Of a stretch of 32,000 nt of DNA, positions 1 through 8,685 are shown piece after piece. The notes beneath the pieces are model-generated. The model was not told the DNA's origin. It worked only from the letters and a program-made list of their open reading frames with translations, and did not search any database. Every line of letters starts with the position of its first letter. The first letter of the stretch is position 1. The DNA lies in the NCBI GenBank assembly GCA_016840465.1, contig JAEOSH010000006.1, forward strand, positions 30,001 to 62,000. Direction: 5' to 3'. The DNA comes from Candidatus Baldrarchaeum yapensis. GTDB taxonomy: Archaea; Asgardarchaeota; Baldrarchaeia; Baldrarchaeales; Baldrarchaeaceae. Position numbers and translations under genes: made by a program.

Positions 1-2
1 GA

Positions 3-329
3 ACATCAAGTTATTTCGTCATGAACATGCTAAGGAGAGTAGTTGAACTTCGGCATATTGACGAAAATGGTACAAAGTATGCGGCTAAATATGATGAGAA
101 AAGCGGGGTTCTAATAGAATATAGGATCAAGAATTACGCGGAAAATTATTCTCTAGTCATTATACTGGAGTCGGCGTACGGGGTTGAATTGAGCGTTGAT
201 ATTCTGTACTATGTGATGCTTGCCCTTCCGTTCATTATTGTTCCGGCGATAATAACTTATTTCATCACAAGGCCGCGCCTTCCGAAAGTGGGAGGGATAA
301 GAAGTGAAGGAGGCGGTGATAAAGGTTGA
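3..329 (+). CDS. C-terminal fragment of a membrane-anchored/secreted protein (5'-partial)
   Basis: Frame is open to the left edge (TSSYFV precedes the Met at 21). Ends in a hydrophobic helix (ILYYVMLALPFIIVPAIITYFIT) plus a basic tail (RPRLPK), typical of C-terminal anchors. Overlaps the ABC ATPase start. Confidence 0.65.
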   Translation, partial: TSSYFVMNMLRRVVELRHIDENGTKYAAKYDEKSGVLIEYRIKNYAENYSLVIILESAYGVELSVDILYYVMLALPFIIVPAIITYFITRPRLPKVGGIRSEGGGDKG

Positions 330-1245
330 AGGTTTGGTGAAATTCTACGGGAAGATAAGGGCACTTGCTGGAGTGACATTTGAGGTAGAGCATGGGACGT
401 GTTTCGGCTATCTTGGACCCAATGGGGCTGGGAAGACTACGACTATAAGAATTCTCCTAGGGTTAATAAAACAGGACGCAGGCAGGGCATTTATTCTTGG
501 AGAGAAAGCAGGATCGAGGAAGGCTCTAAGAAGGGTGGGTTACCTCCCAGAAAGACCCGGATTTTACGATCATTGGACTCTCCTTGACTATATGAGGTAT
601 ATAGGAACTCTTTATGGAATGGCCCTACGAGAGGCTAAGAGAAGGGCTGAAGAACTCTTAGAGTGGATAAAATTGGGCGATTGGGCATACGAAAAAATAG
701 GTAATCTTAGTGCGGGCATGCGCCAAAGACTCGCTTTCGCGCAGGCCTTCATTAACGACCCAGACTTGCTGATACTTGACGAACCCACATCAAATTTGGA
801 CCCAATGGCGCGCATCGAAATTCTTGATAAGATAAAGTCCGCGGTCAGGGAGGGGAGAACAGTCCTGTTCTCGAGCCATGTTCTTCCCGAGGTGGAAAGA
901 GTTTCCGACCATATAGTGATTATCCACCGCGGGCTAATACTCGCCCAAGGGAGAATCGAAGACCTGCGGAGACTTCCTAACACCTACAGCATAAAAACCG
1001 ATAATCCTCAAATCTTAGTAAATGAATTAAAGAACCTGTCCTACGTGAAAAATGTAAGTATAAAAGATAGAGAGACGTTGTTTGTGGAAGTTGAGGATGT
1101 CAGCAGATTCGAAGGAGAGATTGCGAGAATTATCGCCAAATGCGGAGTTAAATTGAAGCGTTTTGAACCCGTAGGTGAATCCCTCGAAAACATTTATGTT
1201 AGAATTGTACGCGAGGGAGGGATTCCGGTTGGTGGACAGAGATGA
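304..1245 (+). CDS. ABC transporter ATP-binding protein (ABC-2/DrrA-like exporter)
   Basis: Walker A GPNGAGKT, signature LSAGMRQR, Walker B LLILDEPT, switch SSH. GTG start with GGGAGGG upstream. Confidence 0.96.
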   Translation: MKEAVIKVEGLVKFYGKIRALAGVTFEVEHGTCFGYLGPNGAGKTTTIRILLGLIKQDAGRAFILGEKAGSRKALRRVGYLPERPGFYDHWTLLDYMRYIGTLYGMALREAKRRAEELLEWIKLGDWAYEKIGNLSAGMRQRLAFAQAFINDPDLLILDEPTSNLDPMARIEILDKIKSAVREGRTVLFSSHVLPEVERVSDHIVIIHRGLILAQGRIEDLRRLPNTYSIKTDNPQILVNELKNLSYVKNVSIKDRETLFVEVEDVSRFEGEIARIIAKCGVKLKRFEPVGESLENIYVRIVREGGIPVGGQR

Positions 1246-2146
1246 ACTTAAAAACAAAATTGAAGTGTTTGGCAGGTTACTTTTGGAGGAAATGAGGATC
1301 TCGTATAGAAGCAAGAGGTTTTACATATACCTCATCCTATTCTTGCTTCCGCCGCTTTTCATGAGCCTGTGGTACTTCATCTTCCAGTATCACATCGACA
1401 TTCAGACAATCGACCTGAAAATATTCATGCAGGGAGAAGGAGCCAAGGAGGACATACTGACCGAAAGAGTGAATATCGTAAAGGGAATGAGGGGAATAAG
1501 TTCCGGGCTTTACATGAGTGGCCTGATGGGGCTCCTTATAGCGGTGATTTCATCCGAATGGGTTGCAGGTGAGCGGCATAGTGGAATGCACAACATAACT
1601 TTTTCGAAATTCATGAGCAGGAGCGGGATACTTCTTGCAAGGTACATCGCGTTCCTCATACACAGCGCCATTTTCGTAACCATAGCGATACTATGGGTGG
1701 GGGTGCTAGTATTGACGCCGTTAATAAATGTAGGCCTGTTCTTTGAAGCATTTAGCAAGACGGCCAACATACTGCTGATAATGATAGGTGTAACCATTCT
1801 ATGCATACTGGCATACACGTCCCTAGCAACTCTCTTCTCAGTGCTGTCTCCGCGGCCAATGATAGCGATCATCATGATGCTAATCTACACAATGGTGATT
1901 GTCAGCATTGTCAGCGTAATCGCCTTAATATTTGGACAACAAAACCCAGCTCTTTATAATCTCATGTACCTCTCATTAAGCAACGACGGAAGCGTCGTAA
2001 TGGAACACTTCATCCTCGGCGAGGAATTCTGGAAATCATACATAATTCCGCAGGACCCGTACGTTGCGCTATCGGTGCTGATCGCTGTATCGGTAGGTGG
2101 GCTTGTACTGGCATGCCTGTTGTTGGAGACTAGGGAATTTTCATAA
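1229..2146 (+). CDS. ABC-2 type transporter permease
   Basis: About 6 hydrophobic helices and an EAA-like segment (SSEWVAGERHSG...SRSGILLARY). Follows the ATPase. Start placed at TTG 1229 (or GTG 1232) after GGGAGGG; the ORF track starts at 1175. Confidence 0.88.
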   Translation: MVDRDELKNKIEVFGRLLLEEMRISYRSKRFYIYLILFLLPPLFMSLWYFIFQYHIDIQTIDLKIFMQGEGAKEDILTERVNIVKGMRGISSGLYMSGLMGLLIAVISSEWVAGERHSGMHNITFSKFMSRSGILLARYIAFLIHSAIFVTIAILWVGVLVLTPLINVGLFFEAFSKTANILLIMIGVTILCILAYTSLATLFSVLSPRPMIAIIMMLIYTMVIVSIVSVIALIFGQQNPALYNLMYLSLSNDGSVVMEHFILGEEFWKSYIIPQDPYVALSVLIAVSVGGLVLACLLLETREFS

Positions 2147-2211
2147 GTCACTGAAAGCTAAGTACATTTCAAGGGCAGTGTGCACAATGACATTTTATCC
2201 GGTGATACGAG

Positions 2212-4239
2212 GTGCCAATACTTTTCTTTATTGCTACTCACATGATGCTACTGCTCTTCGTAGTCCCAGTACTCATTCCGAAAACCTTCGGAATTCCCCC
2301 CTTAACTATAAAATTTTGGCGTAGAATCTTTCTATCTACTGCTATCCTCCTTGAGGTTCTTGTGAACATACAACTTTTACCACTTTACATATGGCATGAT
2401 GCCCCCTACGGTTCGCCAGAGTTGATCCTCAGATCTTCATTTTTGTTGCTTCTTTCACTCTCTCTCATGAAGTTTTCCTTCTCTAAGTATTACTCCGAAA
2501 AATTAGAAATCGCGGAAATGGCAAGACGTGAGGTTTTATTCCGAAAAATAAGTCCGTTCATTGTGTGGGGGGCCGTGGGATCGATAGTATTCATAATTCT
2601 GGCATTTGTCGTGGTATCGTTATTGCTTATTCCGGCGTACATGTGTTACTACTTCCTCGTATTCATAAGAACACTATTTGCTCCCGACATAATATCAAAA
2701 TTTGCTCCATTGCGTAAAAAGACAATAATGCAAGTGGTGTCGATGTTCTTCCTCATATATTTCGCCATAATTTCGACATTAGTTATATTTCCGCCTTACT
2801 GGCAAGCACAACACTTTAATAATACGGTTAAAATTGAAAGATCGTCACCTTTTACTTCAGAAGTATCTCCCGCAATGGTTCGCCTGATCGACAAGAATCT
2901 TGCCACGTCTATCATGAGCAGGTACATTTCGGAGTTCGGTTCAAACGCAAATCTTGGAACGCCTCATATAGCCAAAAATGGCAACTCTATTGTGTGGATA
3001 GCACCTGTTTACCCGGCTAATGTCTTTGCTCAGAACTACATAATTGGATTCATAATCATAAAAGCGAATGATCCTATGAGCCCTCCCGTGATTTTAAAGG
3101 AAAAATTCTACGTTGGTGATCTGCTTTACGGCGGTCACAATGTGCACATTAAGAACTTCTTAGAAGATACTACGGTGAGCCGTTCAAGCGCGTACTTCGC
3201 GTTTGATAAGGATGGCAAAATAGTTCTGGTGGTATTAAGAGTCCGTATGACACCGTTGACCTATGAGATCCCAGGAGAGGTCTTAATATACGACCGTAAC
3301 GGAAAAGTTATCGGAAGATATGATATTACAAACGCGCCCGACTGGGTACCGCAGGTTTATGACCAGAAACTCGTCGAAGCAACAGTCCACAATATTGGCC
3401 AGTATTATAGAGGGAATAAAGTGGATCCATTTGCCGGGGGGCTTCTTACAATACCCGCGTCAGAAGACCGATTCGAAATTACGGAATCCCCTCAGAACAT
3501 CATAAATCCCGACACAAATTGCGTTGAAACGATAATTTATGTTCATCCTCTCGGTAATGATAGAACTCTGGCAGGGATTTTCCGTATATTCAAGGGCGGC
3601 ATATACTTTTACGACTTCAGAATGCTCAGTTTAATTAGCGCTAGGGTTGCACATGATTATGCCGAATCCCTTTTTCCCAAACCAGCGGTAGGAGAATATT
3701 TCGCAACTGCGGGGATGCTTTATCCCGTTAAACATCCCCTCACCGGAGAAGCTGTGTGGACATGGTTTGTCCCAATTTATTGGAGGAAAAACGCGACTAT
3801 ATTACTAAGAGGCCTCGTTCTAATAAACGCTCACAACATGAGTTACTTTTATTACGGCATCATCAGGGAGAACGAACATGGTTGCGAGTTCGTTGCGCGA
3901 GTTCTTGAAGGTTACAAAAGAGTGTTGAAGCAGGCCATTAAATACGAATATATCATTAATTATGCGAACGAAACCCACATTTCTGGATACTTTAGAGTTT
4001 TGAACGTATCGAGGTATGTAAGTGGAGGGGAAACCCACATAGTCCTCTGGATAAACTACGAAAACGTATCCTTCGTTGAGGCAACTGCAAGTGACCTTAA
4101 GAACAAAACCGCGTGGTATGAACTTTTGTTTACGCGCCCCGGTGATGTTGTCCTCATAACCGCGGAGAAAGCAGATGGATACTGGGTCCTTAGAGAATTC
4201 GATAACCTTGAGATAACACCGGAAGGACGCGTGCATTAG
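2212..4239 (+). CDS. Large uncharacterised membrane protein (N-terminal TM bundle plus large extracytoplasmic domain)
   Basis: 675-aa ORF, GTG start 6 nt after GGTGA. 4-5 hydrophobic segments in the first ~195 aa, then a beta-rich soluble region (VWIAPV, APDWVPQVY, C-terminal TRPGDVVLI). Confidence 0.8.
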   Translation: MPILFFIATHMMLLLFVVPVLIPKTFGIPPLTIKFWRRIFLSTAILLEVLVNIQLLPLYIWHDAPYGSPELILRSSFLLLLSLSLMKFSFSKYYSEKLEIAEMARREVLFRKISPFIVWGAVGSIVFIILAFVVVSLLLIPAYMCYYFLVFIRTLFAPDIISKFAPLRKKTIMQVVSMFFLIYFAIISTLVIFPPYWQAQHFNNTVKIERSSPFTSEVSPAMVRLIDKNLATSIMSRYISEFGSNANLGTPHIAKNGNSIVWIAPVYPANVFAQNYIIGFIIIKANDPMSPPVILKEKFYVGDLLYGGHNVHIKNFLEDTTVSRSSAYFAFDKDGKIVLVVLRVRMTPLTYEIPGEVLIYDRNGKVIGRYDITNAPDWVPQVYDQKLVEATVHNIGQYYRGNKVDPFAGGLLTIPASEDRFEITESPQNIINPDTNCVETIIYVHPLGNDRTLAGIFRIFKGGIYFYDFRMLSLISARVAHDYAESLFPKPAVGEYFATAGMLYPVKHPLTGEAVWTWFVPIYWRKNATILLRGLVLINAHNMSYFYYGIIRENEHGCEFVARVLEGYKRVLKQAIKYEYIINYANETHISGYFRVLNVSRYVSGGETHIVLWINYENVSFVEATASDLKNKTAWYELLFTRPGDVVLITAEKADGYWVLREFDNLEITPEGRVH

Positions 4240-5195
4240 ATCAAAAGTTTAAGGAAGTTCCTCAGCGCGCTTATATCCCCATATATAAACAGCACGTCAC
4301 CCTCTTTTACACATATGTTTCGATCCCACAACCATTCGCTTCCTCTTCGCACAGATAACACTTTTACACCTGTCTGATTTTCAATGTCAGCAATCTTCAA
4401 TCCGTTAATTTTGGCATGCCTGTGAATCTTGATCACGAAAGGTTTCGGAAATTCCGATATTATGTCAGTAAAACACCCGAGTATGTATTCTATTACGGCG
4501 ATTTTGCTCGTGCTGAGAATCTCGTCGGCAAATCCCCCTTTCTTCAAAATTTCCGCAATGTCATCGTTATAGATTCTAACGATGATCTTCGCGTTTGGAT
4601 TCAATTTTCTGATGCGCTCTGCAATCACCGGATTTACGTAATCATCATTAATCGATATAATGACCGCTCGTGCGTGTTCCACATTCGCTTCTCTTAAGAC
4701 AGATGTGAGAGAGGCGTCGCCGAATATCACCGGTACACCCTTACTGATCAAATTGCTCACAAATTCGTTATGTTCCCTATCTCTCGGAAGTACTATTAGC
4801 ACAAACGGTATTCCTAACTCGAGAAGTGCACTGACAACTCTACGCCCCAAGTGACCACATCCTATCACAACTATATGATCACGCATGTGCTGTGCCCTTA
4901 TTCTGGCTTTTTCATCGTAGTGCAATGTTCGAATTTCAACAAATGCCATTATAGGAGACATTTCTATCAGAAATATTATTAGGAGGCAAACACACTCCCC
5001 GATCGTGTGAGGCTCGTAGTTTAAAGAGAGAAACAGAACCAGGTTCTCGAATGTAAGCTCGACTCCAGAAGATAATGCTACCACCACGAACAGCACTGCC
5101 AATGTTGAGAAATATATCAATGCGGTTCTTATTAGTCTGAGAAAGTAGAGAATCTCAAGGATTAAAATGTAAATATTCCTTAGGAGGCTCTTCAT
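4236..5195 (-). CDS. Channel-like membrane protein with RCK (TrkA_N + TrkA_C) domains, no canonical K+ filter
   Basis: Two N-terminal hydrophobic segments. RCK motifs DHIVVIGCGHLG, VIFGDA...LREANVEHARAVI and NPNAKIIVR, plus a TrkA_C-like tail. No TVGYG. Confidence 0.85.
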   Translation of the reverse strand: MKSLLRNIYILILEILYFLRLIRTALIYFSTLAVLFVVVALSSGVELTFENLVLFLSLNYEPHTIGECVCLLIIFLIEMSPIMAFVEIRTLHYDEKARIRAQHMRDHIVVIGCGHLGRRVVSALLELGIPFVLIVLPRDREHNEFVSNLISKGVPVIFGDASLTSVLREANVEHARAVIISINDDYVNPVIAERIRKLNPNAKIIVRIYNDDIAEILKKGGFADEILSTSKIAVIEYILGCFTDIISEFPKPFVIKIHRHAKINGLKIADIENQTGVKVLSVRRGSEWLWDRNICVKEGDVLFIYGDISALRNFLKLLI

Positions 5196-5228
5196 GTGTA
5201 CCCCCTGTTGGACATGGAAACGTTTCGA

Positions 5229-5951
5229 TCATCCTATTATCTTCTTTGGGTGGTAGCAATTCCCCCATATAAGAAGCGCCCTATTAACCTTATAAAATGG
5301 TCCGCTTGCAAGATTCTCATCGTACATTTTCAAAAACAGCCTTCTGACAATATTCGTCCCACTAACATAAGGGCTGATCGCGCCTGCGCCCTTAAGTTCA
5401 AGAATTAATGTACCTGCATAGGATCGCGGCAGACCCGAGAGTTCACATCCTTTCACTATCGCGTTTGCCGATATTAAACCAAATACCGAATTTTTGATAG
5501 CGTACTCAAATATTCGTGGCACATAACTGGCAAATTTATCTCCAATATCATCAAAATACCATACCAGTGCATCCCGGCAATCTAAGTACCCCTCGGTAAT
5601 AAGTAACCTCAGAAGGTATCTGATAATCTTAGGCATTGAAAATCGTTCGTTTACAGAACACCTAAATGCCACATTTTCCCACTCAAGGCAGTCTCCTGAA
5701 ATTCTCTCTTCGCTGAAGAAAGCGTTCCATTCCCATCCCAGGAAGATGATGGTATTAAATGCCTGAAGGACATTAAATTGTGAAACATTTTTGCGCACTT
5801 CCGTTAAGATTTGACCTGCGGTTAATGTTCCATTTTTCACAAAAAGATTGAGAACCTTGGCGAAAGTCACCTTAATGGGTTCTTCCTCCTCGCTCAAATA
5901 CTTCCTGCAGATTTCATTGTATATGATCTGGTGATTGTTTGAGGTCACCAC
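5229..5951 (-). CDS. Hypothetical protein, possibly winged-helix containing
   Basis: 240-aa ORF with a GGTGA-like SD. The C-terminal LILELKGAGAISP...FYKVN pattern resembles a wHTH recognition helix plus wing. Co-oriented with the RCK gene (33-nt gap). Confidence 0.65.
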   Translation of the reverse strand: MVTSNNHQIIYNEICRKYLSEEEEPIKVTFAKVLNLFVKNGTLTAGQILTEVRKNVSQFNVLQAFNTIIFLGWEWNAFFSEERISGDCLEWENVAFRCSVNERFSMPKIIRYLLRLLITEGYLDCRDALVWYFDDIGDKFASYVPRIFEYAIKNSVFGLISANAIVKGCELSGLPRSYAGTLILELKGAGAISPYVSGTNIVRRLFLKMYDENLASGPFYKVNRALLIWGNCYHPKKIIG

Positions 5952-6130
5952 TATTCACCAAGCTGGGTTAATCATCGGCAAATTCTCATCTAATAACCAA
6001 TTGAACAAAAATAAATCTCTTGTTTAAAGACTAATCTTCATGGAAATCGCAAATCTGCCATATGAGTTCTCTCGAACTACCTCCTAACACCGTGCAACAT
6101 TCTTAGATGGAATTATATGTCAAAAGACGG

Positions 6131-6143
6131 GAAAAATTATTAT
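6131..6143 (+). promoter_or_regulatory. Putative BRE-TATA promoter of the helicase gene
   Basis: GAAAAATTATTAT lies about 43 nt upstream of ATG 6186; AAGGAGG at 6166-6172. Confidence 0.45.
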
Positions 6144-6185
6144 GACCGGCGCTAACAGGTGGTTAAAGGAGGCCAATGGCGGTAA

Positions 6186-8525
6186 ATGTACATAACCGAT
6201 AATATTGCCAAATTGGAAGGACTGTTGAGAAAGTGGGGTATTTCCGAGTTAAGGGAGGTACAACGCAAGGCCATAGACATGGGGCTACTCAGAGGAGAAA
6301 GTTTGATTGTATGTGCGCCAAGTGGCAGTGGTAAGACGTTAATCGGAGAGATAGCACTTGCTCTTAATGCAAATGATGGGATGGGCGTATATTTAGTGCC
6401 CTTTAAGGCTCTTGCTGACGAAAAATTTGAGGATTTCAGGAAGAAGTTTGATTGGAAGAAAGTGGGAATAACGACTGGTGATTATGACGTAGTTCCTGAA
6501 AGTCTTAGAAACTATGACATTTTAGTCACAACATATGAAAGATTCGACAGTATACTCAGAGCGGATCCTCCCTGGTTGCGAGAAATAAAGGTCGTAGTTG
6601 TCGATGAAATACACATGATCGGGGACAAAAATAGGGGTCCTCGACTTGAAAGTCTCCTTTTCCGCCTCTCCTCGAAATTAAAAGAATTTCAGTTAATAGG
6701 TTTAAGCGCTACTATTGCGAATCCGGAAGAAATTGCCGAGTGGCTGGGTTGTAAACTTGTAATGAGCAACAAACGCCCAGTTCCTCTCAAGTATCAGGTA
6801 GTTCTCTGTAAAAACAAAAGAAAGGAGATACTTGAATTATCGAGGAGATGTTTGGAGGAGGGAGGGCAGGCGCTTATCTTTGTTCTAACTAGGAGAGAGG
6901 CGGAAGACGTGGCGGTGATGCTGTCCGAAGTCAGTGAGGAATTTCTGAGTACAGATGATAGAAAAACTCTCGAAAATATTGCTAAAGACTTAGAAAAGGA
7001 GGATATGCCATCGATCTCAAAGAGGCTTGCGATGATTTTGCGGCTCGGCGCGGCGTTTCATCATGCCGGTCTTCCTCATAGGGATAGATCCTTAGTTGAG
7101 AAATTATTTAGGGATAAGGTGCTTAAGCTGTTGTCTTGTACAACAACGTTGAGTGCAGGGGTGAATTTACCCGCTCGGTACGTGATACTAAAAGATGTCA
7201 CTAGAAAGAGAGGAAAGAAGATATCAACAGCGTTAGGGGCCAACGAGTTTCACCAAATATTAGGCAGGGCCGGCCGTCCCGGCTTTGATGACATAGGGAT
7301 AGGTGTGGTATTAAGTTCGTCTCATAGGGAATTGCAATACATAAAGAGAAGGTACTTTTCCGGTGATGGGTTGGATCCAGTATACGACAATGTTTTAAGT
7401 GCCATGATGCACTTTGATGCGCTTACAGAGCAGGTGCTTCTGCGAATTTTCGAGGAAGAACCCACGAGTATAGACTCTCTAGTGCAGTACTTCTCTGGGA
7501 CATTCTGGGGTTGGAAAGTCGGCGGTCGCGAGGCGATTTCAAGAATTTTTTACTCAGAAGCAAAGGACGTTCTCAGAGGACTTAAGGAGATTTGTATGGA
7601 TGCCCGCACATTGGAAGTTGACATTTTAGAATTCAACGGCATTTCTGTAAAGGCTCGGGTGCAAAGCGAGTCCTCATCGAAATGGTATAGGGTTCAAATA
7701 GATGCAAGCGGTAATGCGCAGTGTTCATGTCCCGATTTCAAGTTTAGGAGGAGAAAAGAAGGAGAACTCTGTAAGCATCTTGCAACTCTAGTAAGATACA
7801 TTGTTGAAGAGGGGATCGGCGACGCAATACCAGTGGTGCTCGATTATATTCGTATTACAAGAAATGTTGAGGTATCTCCGATATCTTACTTAAGGATCGG
7901 GGGCTTCATCTCATCTTCCCGTGATGGAACCCTTCATTGCACGAAGTTCGGAAAAACCACAATACTCCTCTATATAAAGCCAAAAACTGCGCTGTTCCTT
8001 AGAGGTGGAATTATTCGCGTCGGAGATCCTTTAGAGAAATATCTTATTGAACTAGCCATACATGCTGCTCACTTAGAGGATAACGAGAAAATCGGGCCGC
8101 GCAGAATGAAAAGGTACGTGGATGCACTGCTTATGTGGATAGATGAATATCGAGAATCGGAGATTTGCGATAGTTGTAAAATAGATCCGGGAGATTTCCA
8201 AATGCTCAGGGATAGAGCAACATGGATGATGCATTCGATCTCCATACTGGCATCACTCTTTAATAGGGGGAACGTTGCAGAGACCGCAAGAAAACTGGAG
8301 GAGAGGTTGAAACACGGCGTCAGGGAGGAGTTATTGCCAATATTAAGAATGAGAGTCGAGGGCCTCGGTAGGGTGAGGGCAAGGATACTTTTCAATGCAG
8401 GGTTCAAAACCCCGGAGGATCTCAAGAATGCAACCTTAGAGACTCTTACAAGGTTGCCGAGCATAGGCAAGAATCTCGCGAGCAGAATACTCAGCCGATT
8501 GAAGCATAATACCATGGAACATTGA
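6186..8525 (+). CDS. Ski2-like SF2 helicase of Hel308/Hjm type with SWIM zinc-finger insertion
   Basis: APSGSGKT, DEIH, SAT, HHAGL, TTTLSAGVNLPAR, QILGRAGRPG and a C-terminal HhH pair (EGLGRVRA, PSIGKNLA). Extra CSC-x13-CKH motif at 7722-7778. Confidence 0.92.
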   Translation: MYITDNIAKLEGLLRKWGISELREVQRKAIDMGLLRGESLIVCAPSGSGKTLIGEIALALNANDGMGVYLVPFKALADEKFEDFRKKFDWKKVGITTGDYDVVPESLRNYDILVTTYERFDSILRADPPWLREIKVVVVDEIHMIGDKNRGPRLESLLFRLSSKLKEFQLIGLSATIANPEEIAEWLGCKLVMSNKRPVPLKYQVVLCKNKRKEILELSRRCLEEGGQALIFVLTRREAEDVAVMLSEVSEEFLSTDDRKTLENIAKDLEKEDMPSISKRLAMILRLGAAFHHAGLPHRDRSLVEKLFRDKVLKLLSCTTTLSAGVNLPARYVILKDVTRKRGKKISTALGANEFHQILGRAGRPGFDDIGIGVVLSSSHRELQYIKRRYFSGDGLDPVYDNVLSAMMHFDALTEQVLLRIFEEEPTSIDSLVQYFSGTFWGWKVGGREAISRIFYSEAKDVLRGLKEICMDARTLEVDILEFNGISVKARVQSESSSKWYRVQIDASGNAQCSCPDFKFRRRKEGELCKHLATLVRYIVEEGIGDAIPVVLDYIRITRNVEVSPISYLRIGGFISSSRDGTLHCTKFGKTTILLYIKPKTALFLRGGIIRVGDPLEKYLIELAIHAAHLEDNEKIGPRRMKRYVDALLMWIDEYRESEICDSCKIDPGDFQMLRDRATWMMHSISILASLFNRGNVAETARKLEERLKHGVREELLPILRMRVEGLGRVRARILFNAGFKTPEDLKNATLETLTRLPSIGKNLASRILSRLKHNTMEH

Positions 8526-8685
8526 AATTAAGTGAAAATGCCATTTGTAGTTGATATTTTCGTAATTTATGGCCCAAGAAAGAGAAATAATGGAAACTCA
8601 CCTGAATTCTCAGCACCTTTATTTCACGGGATCGGATAGTATTGATGATGTTACGAAGCGATCAATCCGTGCGGTGAGAGTAACA

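Noticed and set aside
6176-6202. 8-codon ORF right after AAGGAGG, overlapping the helicase start
   Set aside because: The SD-ATG spacing is only 3 nt and there is no evidence of function. It cannot be distinguished from chance.
8401-8413. GGTTCAAAACCCC resembling a tRNA T-arm
   Set aside because: It is inside the helicase CDS, and no acceptor, D or anticodon arms can be built around it.
8538-8639. 33-aa ORF MPFVVDIFVIYGPRK... between helicase and acyl-CoA synthetase
   Set aside because: The IYGPRK resemblance to a Walker A lead-in is too short and GKT is absent. Probably chance in a promoter region.
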